From contig CANJPT010000008.1 in assembly GCA_947476195.1 (NCBI GenBank), forward strand, positions 1,084 through 65,083: a stretch of DNA of 64,000 bases, written 5' to 3'. Both the position numbers and the translations under genes were made by a program. The DNA comes from Lewinellaceae bacterium (lineage in GTDB: Bacteria; Bacteroidota; Bacteroidia; Chitinophagales; Saprospiraceae). Position 1 is the stretch's first letter. Every line of letters begins with the position of its first letter. A model generated the notes under the pieces. The model was not told where the DNA came from. It saw only the letters and a list, made by a program, of their open reading frames with translations, and searched no databases. This document shows, piece by piece, positions 37,785 through 46,723 of the stretch.

Positions 37785-39434
37785 ATGTCGAAAAACGTCA
37801 GAAATCTGTCGTTTCGAAAGGGATTGGACGATAACCTATTCGAACATCTGGCTGAAGCGCACTCAGAAGACAAGGGTCTTGATCAAGATGCCCTCCATTC
37901 GATTGCGGATAAATACCTGATCGGGGATGCCAATGTCTATGGTGCAGCTACTTTTTACGATTTCCTGAATCCGGAAAAAAGCAATAAAAAAGTGTTTTCC
38001 TGTGCCGGAAGTGCCTGTATGCTTGCCGGGACTCAAAATGAACTGCACAAAACACTTGAACAACATTTTGAGCCTACTGAGATCGGAGAGGTATATTGCC
38101 TGGGCCGTTGTTATGAGAACAACGCATTCCATTACCAGGGACATAACTATTCCGGAGATGACATCAACCATATCCGTCTATTAAAAGAGGGTTCCGTCAA
38201 GCGTTTGCCTGATCAGTACAAGGTTGGTTCATTGGGAAAAGGCATTCTTACCGCTGGCAGCCCTGATGCGGAACAATGCTTGCAAACCCTTTCAAGATTG
38301 CTTGAAAGTGAACAGGATGCGTTGCTGGAAGAAATCGCTGTTTCAGGCCTTCGGGGTCGTGGCGGAGCAGGTTTCCCATTGGCCATTAAACTTGCAGGCG
38401 TCAAAAAAGAAGTCGCTGATCAGAAATTTATTGTTTGTAATGCCGACGAAGGGGATCCAGGAGCCTTTTCAGATCGCTATTTATTAGAACAAAGAGCACA
38501 TCTGGTCCTGTTCGGCATGGCCATCAGTGGCTATATAAGCGGGGCAACAGGAGGTGTAGTATACATCCGTGCAGAATACCCAGAAGCCATTGAAATTTGC
38601 AAAAAGGCCATTGAGCCTTTTAACCGGATGTTTCCGTTTACCAAATCCAATGGAGAGACCGTAAATTTTAAGTTATACGTCGTAAAAGCGCAAGGAGCCT
38701 ATATCTGCGGTGAAGAAACGGCCCTCTTATCTTCCCTTGAAGGTCTTAGACCGGAAGTGCGTACCCGACCACCTTTTCCGGTTCAATATGGTCTTTTCGG
38801 TATGCCTACGGCAGTTAATAATGTAGAGACCCTGGCCAGCCTTCATGCTATTCTGGTGGAGGGCGGTGCGGCTTTCAAAGCAATTGGAACCGCTAAGTCT
38901 TCTGGAACCAAACTACTTTCTCTGGACAGTCATTTCAATCATCCGGGTTTATATGAAGTAGATATGGGAACACCTTTGTCTAAGGTGATCAACGAATTGG
39001 GCGGCGGCATGAAAGAACCCGTGAAAGCCTACCACATCGGCGGACCATTGGGCGGATTGGTTCCAATGAGCAAGGTGGACGACCTAACCATTGATTTCGA
39101 AACCTTTGCATCCAATGGTTTTCTGTTGGGACATGCTTCCATCCTGAGTATTCCGACACGGTTTCCGCTCATGGAATATTTGGAGCATTTGTTTGCGTTT
39201 ACGGCACATGAAAGTTGTGGGAAGTGTTTTCCCTGTCGTATTGGTTCCGTACGAGGTAAAGAATTATTGAATAAGGCAAGGACCAGTGATTACAAGATCG
39301 ACCGAACCCTTTTTAATGACCTGATCGAAACCCTGGAAAAAGGGTCACTTTGTGCTTTGGGTGGGGGCTTGCCTCTGCCGGTAAAGAATGCGTTGCACTA
39401 TTTCCCTGAAGAGCTCGGAGGATATTTCAAGTAA
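37785..39434 (+). CDS. NAD-dependent formate dehydrogenase beta subunit (fused NuoE-like plus NuoF-like)
   Basis: GLRGRGGAGFP (FMN/NADH site), ESCGKCFPCR (4Fe-4S), and an N-terminal thioredoxin-like 2Fe-2S cysteine pattern (C.GSAC ... CLGRC). Confidence 0.85.
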   Translation: MSKNVRNLSFRKGLDDNLFEHLAEAHSEDKGLDQDALHSIADKYLIGDANVYGAATFYDFLNPEKSNKKVFSCAGSACMLAGTQNELHKTLEQHFEPTEIGEVYCLGRCYENNAFHYQGHNYSGDDINHIRLLKEGSVKRLPDQYKVGSLGKGILTAGSPDAEQCLQTLSRLLESEQDALLEEIAVSGLRGRGGAGFPLAIKLAGVKKEVADQKFIVCNADEGDPGAFSDRYLLEQRAHLVLFGMAISGYISGATGGVVYIRAEYPEAIEICKKAIEPFNRMFPFTKSNGETVNFKLYVVKAQGAYICGEETALLSSLEGLRPEVRTRPPFPVQYGLFGMPTAVNNVETLASLHAILVEGGAAFKAIGTAKSSGTKLLSLDSHFNHPGLYEVDMGTPLSKVINELGGGMKEPVKAYHIGGPLGGLVPMSKVDDLTIDFETFASNGFLLGHASILSIPTRFPLMEYLEHLFAFTAHESCGKCFPCRIGSVRGKELLNKARTSDYKIDRTLFNDLIETLEKGSLCALGGGLPLPVKNALHYFPEELGGYFK

Positions 39435-39566
39435 TTAATTTTTCGAGCCATCAAGCTTGAGATTTCAAGCAGCCTAATGACAAAAAATTGTTGAAAAATC
39501 AAAATGCCGAAACCCAATTAAAGCGTTAAAAACCTTGCTGTTCAACAGCAAAATAAGATTTGAACT

Positions 39567-42314
39567 ATGTCCAATATCACTACCACCATAGCCTATATTA
39601 ACGATAAACCCAGTGTTTTTGAACCGGGTGAAACGATCCTGCAATTCACCCGCAGGAACCACGGTAAGGACAGTATCCCAACCCTTTGTGATGCGCCCAA
39701 TCTGGAAGCCTTTGGTTCCTGCCGTGTTTGTAGCGTAGAAGTAGCTCTGGAACAGAATGGGCCACGCCGTACCAAAGCCTCCTGCCACACTATGGTGGAG
39801 TCTGGTATGTTTATTTACACTGAAACTGCTGATATTCAAAAACTTAGAAAGAATATCATTGAATTGGTTCTGACAGACCACCCGCTCGATTGCCTGACCT
39901 GTGAAGTGAATGGCAACTGTGAGCTTCAGGATGTAGCTGCCCGCGTGGGTATTCGTAAAGTACGTTATCCGGAAGGGAAAAACCACCTGGATCGTGAAAA
40001 AGACCTGAGTCATCCATACATGACCTCCGATCTTTCGAAGTGTATCATGTGCTACCGTTGCGTCCGCGCTTGTGATGAAGTTCAGGGACAATTGGTCTTA
40101 AGCGTGATGGGCCGTGGCTTCGATAGTCAGATTATCAAAGGCTTTAATCAAAGTTTCTTCGAATCTGAATGTGTGTCCTGCGGGGCCTGTGCACAGGCTT
40201 GTCCAACCTCCGCGATTTCCGATATATATCAATCCAAAGCACTGGTAGGTCAGGATAAGGTCCGTACCGTATGCACCTATTGCGGAGTAGGATGTAACCT
40301 TGAAGTTAGCGTTAAAAACGACACAATTCTTAGTATTCAGGCTCCCTGGGATGCTGAAGTCAACCAGGGCCATACCTGTCTGAAAGGCCGCTATGCATTT
40401 TCATTTTACAACCACCCGGAGCGTTTACAATATCCGATGATCCGACGCAATGGCGAATTGGAGCGGGCCACCTGGACAGAAGCCTATGATTATATTGCAG
40501 AAAGGCTGACGGATATTAAAGAGAAGCATGGTCCAAACGCTATTGGGGGAATTTCATCTTCGCGTTGTACCAACGAAGAAAACTATCTGATGCAGAAGTT
40601 TATCCGGGCTGTTATCGGTACGAACAATATTGACGGTTGTGCCCGGGTATGCCACTCACCGACTGCCATTGGAATGCAACGGTCGTTTGGTACCGGAGCT
40701 GCTACCAATTCGGTAGCAGACATCAAACTGACCGATTGTATTATGGTCATCGGCGCCAACCCAACAGAGGGGCATCCTGTAACTGGTGCGAAACTGCGTC
40801 AGTTTGCCATGAAAGGCAAGCCAACCATTGTGATTGACCCTCGTCGGACAGAATTAGCCAAATACGCAACAATACACTTGCAATTGCGCCCCGGCACCAA
40901 TATCGCAGTGCTTGACATGATGCTGTATTATATCATCAAAGACAGCATGATCAAGGAGGATTTCATCGAGGCACGTACTGAGGGATACGAAGAGTTCAAA
41001 AAAAATATACTGAAGATCAATCTCGACGATCTCGAAGCCGTATCAGGCGTGCCCCGCGAGCAGGTACGTGCAGCTGCCAAATTGTATGCTTCTGCTTCCA
41101 AGGCTATGTTGTTCCATGGTTTGGGTGTTACAGAACATTATCAAGGCACCTATACCGTGATGCAAATCGCCAACCTGGCCATGATTACCGGGAATGTTGG
41201 CAAGCCTGGTTGCGGCGTCAACCCGCTCCGTGGCCAAAATAACGTACAGGGTATGGCTGATATGGGAGTACAGCCTTATCAAGGTGCGGGCTATTTTGAC
41301 GTTACCCTACCTGAGGTCAACCAGATGTACAATGAGTTTTATGGTGTAAAAGTCCCACAGGAAGCAGGACTTAAAATCCCCCAGATGTATGATGCGGCCA
41401 TTGAAGGTAAGTTCAAGGCCCTTTGGATCATGGGCGACGACCTGGTACAGTCAGACCCGAACACCACCCATGTGCTCAAAGCCATCAATTCACTGGAGCT
41501 GCTCATTGTTCAGGAGATTTTCATGACTGAAACTGCTAAACATGCTGATGTAATTCTTCCAGCAGCTTCTTTCCTTGAAAAAGAAGGGACGTTTACCAAT
41601 GGTGAGCGCCGCATTCAGCGGGTAAACAAGGTCGTTGAACCTGTTGGCGAAACCAAGTCAGATGGTCAGATCATGGTAGATATCATGAACCGGATGGGGT
41701 ACAAACAGGCCCCTTATGCTGCCAAAACCATGTTGGAGGAAATTTCTCAGATTGTACCATTCTTTGCTGGCGTGAAATGGGATGAATTGGGCGAACAGGG
41801 CAAGCAATGGCCCGTTGCTGCGGATGGTACTGATACGAAAATCCTTCACACAGAGACTTTTAAACGGGGAAAAGGCAAGTTTCAGTTCAGAGAATTTATT
41901 GAAAGCCCGGAAATTGAGGCTTTTGGTAAGGATTATCCTTATATCCTAACTACCAACCGGGTTTTGGAGCATTACAACGCCGGCACCATGACGCGCCGCA
42001 CCCCCAACGTAGATATTGTAACTGAGGATGTAGTCATCATACACCCAGATGATGCTGCAAAACACAATATCGGCGAAGGAGATTGGATCTGTATTGAATC
42101 AGACCGCGGCAAAGTGGACATAAAAGCACGGATATCCGACGAAGTGAAGCAGGGTGTAATCAGCACAACTTTTCACTTTCCGGAACTACTGGTGAATATG
42201 GTGACCTCCAGTGTGAGCGACAGTGAGGCGAAGTGCCCCGAATTTAAGGTGGTGGCGGTAAGAATACGGAAGGCCCGTAGGGTAGCTGATCGACATGCCA
42301 GGGTGGAGGCATAA
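39567..42314 (+). CDS. Formate dehydrogenase alpha subunit (NuoG-like Fe-S N-terminus plus molybdopterin domain, Cys type)
   Basis: 2Fe-2S and 4Fe-4S cysteine clusters (C..C..C...C.P), CTYCGVGC, and active-site CARVCHSPT with Cys rather than Sec. 915 aa. Confidence 0.9.
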   Translation: MSNITTTIAYINDKPSVFEPGETILQFTRRNHGKDSIPTLCDAPNLEAFGSCRVCSVEVALEQNGPRRTKASCHTMVESGMFIYTETADIQKLRKNIIELVLTDHPLDCLTCEVNGNCELQDVAARVGIRKVRYPEGKNHLDREKDLSHPYMTSDLSKCIMCYRCVRACDEVQGQLVLSVMGRGFDSQIIKGFNQSFFESECVSCGACAQACPTSAISDIYQSKALVGQDKVRTVCTYCGVGCNLEVSVKNDTILSIQAPWDAEVNQGHTCLKGRYAFSFYNHPERLQYPMIRRNGELERATWTEAYDYIAERLTDIKEKHGPNAIGGISSSRCTNEENYLMQKFIRAVIGTNNIDGCARVCHSPTAIGMQRSFGTGAATNSVADIKLTDCIMVIGANPTEGHPVTGAKLRQFAMKGKPTIVIDPRRTELAKYATIHLQLRPGTNIAVLDMMLYYIIKDSMIKEDFIEARTEGYEEFKKNILKINLDDLEAVSGVPREQVRAAAKLYASASKAMLFHGLGVTEHYQGTYTVMQIANLAMITGNVGKPGCGVNPLRGQNNVQGMADMGVQPYQGAGYFDVTLPEVNQMYNEFYGVKVPQEAGLKIPQMYDAAIEGKFKALWIMGDDLVQSDPNTTHVLKAINSLELLIVQEIFMTETAKHADVILPAASFLEKEGTFTNGERRIQRVNKVVEPVGETKSDGQIMVDIMNRMGYKQAPYAAKTMLEEISQIVPFFAGVKWDELGEQGKQWPVAADGTDTKILHTETFKRGKGKFQFREFIESPEIEAFGKDYPYILTTNRVLEHYNAGTMTRRTPNVDIVTEDVVIIHPDDAAKHNIGEGDWICIESDRGKVDIKARISDEVKQGVISTTFHFPELLVNMVTSSVSDSEAKCPEFKVVAVRIRKARRVADRHARVEA

Positions 42315-42352
42315 TTTGAACAATCACCAACAAAATAGGACTTCACACAAAC

Positions 42353-42405
42353 ACACTACGACACTATGTAAGCTTACTGACATTCAGAACATTGTGTCGT
42401 AGTGT
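42353..42405 (+). terminator. Hairpin after formate dehydrogenase operon
   Basis: 12-bp perfect stem ACACTACGACAC / GTGTCGTAGTGT with a 29-nt loop. Confidence 0.35.
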
Positions 42406-42412
42406 ATACTAA

Positions 42413-42467
42413 TGGACATTTTTCCAAAGCCAGACCCATAAGATTTCTAAAAACCTTATTGGTCTGG
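42413..42467. repeat. REP-like hairpin, copy 2
   Basis: GGACATTTTTCCAAAGCCAGACCCATAAGATTTCTAAAAACCTTATTGGTCTGG aligns with 7250-7303 at roughly 85% identity. The stem has 2 mismatches. Confidence 0.55.
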
Positions 42468-42543
42468 ATTGAAGCCTGAAGTAATACTTCATTTTTCAGA
42501 TCGTAAGTCCATTTTCAAAAGTTTAAAGGTCAATTTTTGGACC

Positions 42544-44697
42544 TTATTCCAAAAAGATCTCATCCACAAACACCCAGCCCATTTCACCTTTTCCCGGGTG
42601 CCATGATGGAAGCTTTTTGACAGGCTTGACGATGACCTTTAACACACTGAGTTTTTTTGCTTCAAAGGAACAGTTGAATCCGATTTTATAGCCTGGCATA
42701 CCTAGTTTAGTGGGCTGCTGAGGGTTTAGTTTCTTTAAAAGAACAAGGTGCTGCGGGTCATTCCCGCCCCAGACTTGTATTTCTGCAGCGGGCATGATAT
42801 AACTTCCTATATCTATCAAGGTACTGAAGGAAACCGAAGACAGTATCGTAGGTTTTCGGAAGAGTAATAAAGCCTCCAGATTGGTCTCTTTGTAACCCAG
42901 CCATTTGTTACTACGGAAATCGGTTTCACCAATCTTTTTGTTGGCCAGTGTTTTAGGGCCTTCTCCCTTATATTGTGGGTTGGGCGGATATAAAAGCACG
43001 ATGGAATCAGGAAGTATCCCCGTTTTATAAAAGCTCCGCTTAGACACCTCACTGCTGATCCAACCAGGTAAAAAGGCTTTGGCACTCAGTTGGCAGGATT
43101 TTTCGATCGAAATACTATCCCCCGAAAAAATGGGGGAGTTTAGACTGTCCGGCTCACTTCCGTCCAGGGTATAATGCAATACAGCGCCCTGAATAAAATT
43201 TTTCAATTTTACTTTTGTGCTGCTGCTAAATACCTGCTCCTCGCCTTCAATAATGGGCGCATTGAGTTTTGCTACAATACCCGCTCCCTTGTACCCGGAT
43301 TCGATGTTGATTTTGGGGAATCGCTGTTTCAAAGCAGAAATATCCTGCTCAGACAGCGAAGTATTCCAAAGAAACAACGCCGATAATTCAGTCAAACTAC
43401 TGAGCGCTTCCAAATCAGTTCCTTTTACTGAAGTGCCTGATAATGAAAGACTACGAAGTGATTGCAACACCTTCAATTCATTCATGGTAGCGCCTGTGAT
43501 TCGGGTAAATGCAAGGTTGAGTTTACGAAGGTTGGAAAACATGGCAATAGAGCGGAGGTCCTCATCCTTCACAGGCATTTTATTCAAATTCAGACTTACG
43601 ACCTGTTCTTTTACTGGTTCCAGTTCATTTAAATGGGCGCTATTAAAAGCCGCAACTCCATAGAAATCGACGGATAAAGCCGGTGAATTCAAGGCCAATG
43701 GAGCGACTACCCGATAATCATTGTTCAGTTTTTCAATGGTAGCTTCATCGGCTGGGGCGAAAGGGTAGGGGGGCTCTTCCACCGGTTTCAAACGACTGAT
43801 CGCTAATAACCGAAGGGTATCGTTTTCGGGTAATTCAACTACCTTTTTACTAAAGCTTGCCCCGTTTTTGATCCAGTGGTATAAAATATTGATTTCTTCT
43901 TCAGTCAGCTGCGATTTGCCTTTGGGTGGCATGTGTTCTTTCTCGTCCGGCGACAGATGAACCCGCTGCAGTAAAAGTCCCAGCTGATCTGCCGTATTAT
44001 CCCACAATACTCCATTTTTCCCGCCTTTTAGGAGCAATGCCTCAGTTTCCATATTCAATTCGCCTTTAAGTTTGGCTGAATTATGGCAACCCATGCATTT
44101 CTCTTTCAGAATGGGGCGGACCAAATGCGCATAAATCAGTGCTTCCTCCAAGGGAATATCGAGTGGCTGCTTTTCATTGCTTGCAGGAGCAAAAAGATAG
44201 TTTTCGCCATGCGTTAGGGTTGCTCCATAATGGCCCGCTACCATCAAAGTAATAAGACTGATGCCAGCAATTATACGGGACAGGCTTTCTGAAAGACGAA
44301 TGGCTTCCCGAAAGGAATACCAACCCATGCTGATCATAGAAACGGCTACCCCAGACCATTTATGCCAGAACAGGGTATCTTCTGAATACCCACCCTCTTT
44401 TGAAAGAAATATTCCTGCCAGGGCGGTCAGCACTCCACTCACGGCAGCTGAAAGCAACAGAGATTCGCCCAGCATGGAGACCAGTGGATTATCCTTGTTT
44501 CTTTGACATAATGCCCAGACGCCTGCAAATAATAACAGCACAATAGGAAAATGGAGCACCAAGGGGTGCAATCGACCAGCCACTTGCAGGACCGTAGGCA
44601 CCACCATTTTTGCCCCAAAAAAGGCTAAAAACAGCAAAAGACTGTTTAATGCAAAGCAAAGATTGAAGAAAATAGCTTTCCAGTTTGTCTGGGTCAT
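42544..44697 (-). CDS. Membrane-anchored c-type cytochrome domain (PSCyt1) / LRR / CHB_HEX_C-like / discoidin-like protein
   Basis: N-terminal 4-5 TM segments, heme-binding CMGCH in the ILKEKCMGCHNS..KGEL context, leucine-rich repeats (LNL..T.I....), then a module paralogous to the whole of 44698-45615. Confidence 0.7.
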   Translation of the reverse strand: MTQTNWKAIFFNLCFALNSLLLFLAFFGAKMVVPTVLQVAGRLHPLVLHFPIVLLLFAGVWALCQRNKDNPLVSMLGESLLLSAAVSGVLTALAGIFLSKEGGYSEDTLFWHKWSGVAVSMISMGWYSFREAIRLSESLSRIIAGISLITLMVAGHYGATLTHGENYLFAPASNEKQPLDIPLEEALIYAHLVRPILKEKCMGCHNSAKLKGELNMETEALLLKGGKNGVLWDNTADQLGLLLQRVHLSPDEKEHMPPKGKSQLTEEEINILYHWIKNGASFSKKVVELPENDTLRLLAISRLKPVEEPPYPFAPADEATIEKLNNDYRVVAPLALNSPALSVDFYGVAAFNSAHLNELEPVKEQVVSLNLNKMPVKDEDLRSIAMFSNLRKLNLAFTRITGATMNELKVLQSLRSLSLSGTSVKGTDLEALSSLTELSALFLWNTSLSEQDISALKQRFPKINIESGYKGAGIVAKLNAPIIEGEEQVFSSSTKVKLKNFIQGAVLHYTLDGSEPDSLNSPIFSGDSISIEKSCQLSAKAFLPGWISSEVSKRSFYKTGILPDSIVLLYPPNPQYKGEGPKTLANKKIGETDFRSNKWLGYKETNLEALLLFRKPTILSSVSFSTLIDIGSYIMPAAEIQVWGGNDPQHLVLLKKLNPQQPTKLGMPGYKIGFNCSFEAKKLSVLKVIVKPVKKLPSWHPGKGEMGWVFVDEIFLE

Positions 44698-45615
44698 TCA
44701 ATATAGTTTTACCTCGTCTATAAATAACCAGGCAGGATTACCCTTACCCGGATGCCAGGCTGGCAATTTTGAAAGTGGAAAGATCTTCAGGATGATCTGT
44801 TTCGTTTTTACTTGTTTATCGAGGTCTAATAAAAGCGAAAGACACTGCTTTTTATCTTCTTTTTCGGATGTAATCCATGACTTCTGCCCTAAAAATGTCC
44901 ATTCTTTGGAATCAGGCAGGTCTGCATAAACCTCTATTGCCTGGGGTGGAAATATCCAGGCACCCTGATTTTGCAGTACATGCAGCAATACCTGCTTCAC
45001 TTTTTGAGGCTTGGCCAGATCGATCATAAGCATCACGGTATCCGTTTGGAAACCCATCCAGGTTTTACTACTATGGGCAACCAGGCCGCCCTGATTATCG
45101 ATCAGGGTGTTTTTTCCATTGCCCGGATATCGATCATGGGGTAGGGTAGTGCTGATGCTTTCAATCGGTAAACCTTGTTTGAAAAAAGTAATCTCTATGA
45201 CCTCAGAGGGCAAAAAATCCGTTCCAAACACCCTGGCTTTCAGGGTAGTGTTCTTTTTGAGCCGGATAGGGCTGGTATAAACGGGGTCTTTTTCGCCGGG
45301 CGTCTGACCGTTGGTCGTGTAGTGTATATGGGTATTTGCCTGATCGAATTCCATCCGGAGCGTTGCTGATCTTTCAAAAAAAACAGATTCGTAATGGAGA
45401 TAGGGTCGGGCGAGCTGGAAGGTATTTTGGGCCCCAATAGGGTTTAAAATACAGGTGATCAGGATAGATAAGATGGACCACGGATTAACACGGATGAGAC
45501 ACGGATTTTTATATAGCAATTTTGTCCCTTCTGCCACATTGGGGAGTAAGTGCAGCAAAAATCCGTGTCTCATCCGTGTTAATCCGTGGTCCATATGCCT
45601 TAATCCATTTTCCAT
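44698..45615 (-). CDS. Secreted CHB_HEX_C-like plus discoidin-like protein (5' end interrupted in frame by a palindromic element)
   Basis: HYTTNGQTP....P.Y..PI.L..NTTLKARVF is the chitobiase/hexosaminidase C-terminal (Fn3-associated) pattern. The C-terminus LPAWHPGKG..AWLFIDEV is shared with the downstream gene. The start is ambiguous (45615, 45594 or 45573). Confidence 0.55.
   Translation of the reverse strand: MENGLRHMDHGLTRMRHGFLLHLLPNVAEGTKLLYKNPCLIRVNPWSILSILITCILNPIGAQNTFQLARPYLHYESVFFERSATLRMEFDQANTHIHYTTNGQTPGEKDPVYTSPIRLKKNTTLKARVFGTDFLPSEVIEITFFKQGLPIESISTTLPHDRYPGNGKNTLIDNQGGLVAHSSKTWMGFQTDTVMLMIDLAKPQKVKQVLLHVLQNQGAWIFPPQAIEVYADLPDSKEWTFLGQKSWITSEKEDKKQCLSLLLDLDKQVKTKQIILKIFPLSKLPAWHPGKGNPAWLFIDEVKLY
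45474..45593. mobile_element. 120-bp palindromic MITE-like insertion (perfect 37-bp arms)
   Basis: TGGACCACGGATTAACACGGATGAGACACGGATTTTT (45474-45510) is the exact reverse complement of 45557-45593, with a 46-bp core between. Each arm holds 3 CACGGAT repeats. Confidence 0.8.
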
Positions 45616-45616
45616 C

Positions 45617-46642
45617 TTAAACAGGTTCTAATTTGTAAGGATAGGTCTTTCCCGAATTCCATTGGGCCACATACAAGTTCTCTTCATCGTCGATGCATAC
45701 GTCGTGCGGGTATTGAAATGCTTTTATGGTCTGATACATCTCATTGGGGGTCAAGCCATTGTAAGTGGGCGCAGAACCGGCCAGGTTAGAGACCACCCGA
45801 TTTTGTTTGTCCAGGATGGTCACGAAACCGGACTGCTCCCAAAGTCTGCTATTGGATTGTAACACCGCGGTGTATAAATAATCGCCTTTGATCACTGGTC
45901 GGCAAACCCAGGCGCCCGGCAATGCAATGGTCTCGAGATATTTTCCTTCCAGGTCATAGCGCTTAAAGGCATTTTGTTCGCGGGAACTGACCACCAGAGA
46001 AGGCCTGGTCTTATCCCGCAGATCTAAACAGATCCCGTGGGCATTTTGCAGGTATTCAGATCCCGTACCACGGCCTCCAAAGTGCCTGATATACCTTCCC
46101 TGTGCATCATATTGGATCACAAAATCTTTGCCATAGCCATCAGTGACATAGATGTCGCCATTGGGTGCGATCGCTGTTTCTGTTGGAATATATTCTTCTG
46201 GTTTTGTGTATTGCTCTGTTTCTTTAGGGTAATCAAGGGTCATCAAAACACGCCCATCGATGGTGGTTTTTATAACCTGATGACGTTTATTATCACAAAT
46301 GAATAGCACATCGGTCCCGTTTTCATTAAACAGCGTAAAACCATGTGCCCCAGGATATTCAGTGCCCCAGCTTTCCAGAATTTTTCCATTTTTGTCGTAA
46401 ATCAGAACATTATTACGGGTTTCGTTGGTCAGCAACAAGATCCGTCCCTTTTGGTCCTGAACCATTTCATGGCAATCATTGACCGGATAACGACTCACAT
46501 CGGCCTGACTCCAGCGGGTATTGATCCGGTAGCGCTTGTTGTTATGGCCGAGGATGGTGTCATTTTTTGCCAAAATATGGGGTACAAGCATGGCACCTGC
46601 CAGGCTCAAGCCGGTATTCAATAGAAAATCTCTTCTTTCCAT
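45617..46642 (-). CDS. Tat-exported six-bladed beta-propeller (NHL repeat, peptidyl-alpha-hydroxyglycine lyase-like)
   Basis: Twin-arginine signal MERRDFLLNTGLSLAGA. Repeated ...G.I.VTD / ...LYVA.. blade motifs and H residues typical of PAL-like NHL propellers. Confidence 0.65.
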   Translation of the reverse strand: MERRDFLLNTGLSLAGAMLVPHILAKNDTILGHNNKRYRINTRWSQADVSRYPVNDCHEMVQDQKGRILLLTNETRNNVLIYDKNGKILESWGTEYPGAHGFTLFNENGTDVLFICDNKRHQVIKTTIDGRVLMTLDYPKETEQYTKPEEYIPTETAIAPNGDIYVTDGYGKDFVIQYDAQGRYIRHFGGRGTGSEYLQNAHGICLDLRDKTRPSLVVSSREQNAFKRYDLEGKYLETIALPGAWVCRPVIKGDYLYTAVLQSNSRLWEQSGFVTILDKQNRVVSNLAGSAPTYNGLTPNEMYQTIKAFQYPHDVCIDDEENLYVAQWNSGKTYPYKLEPV

Positions 46643-46723
46643 ATTAATTGGTGTCTATTCGCTACATCTGTTTAATAAGCTAAAGGAAGAACTTGAATGA
46701 TAGGCATGAGCCGCATCTATTTT

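Noticed and set aside
39474-40091. 205-aa ORF antisense to the formate dehydrogenase alpha gene. Similar long antisense ORFs occur at 59968-60588 (fabH), 13799-14284 (folD), 20550-21011 (gcvP), 2639-3061 (MFS), 60914-61423 and 62059-62523.
   Set aside because: Each lies fully inside a confidently identified gene on the opposite strand. Each has odd composition (Cys/Arg/His-rich, no recognisable motifs). These are the usual shadow ORFs of mid-GC genomes.
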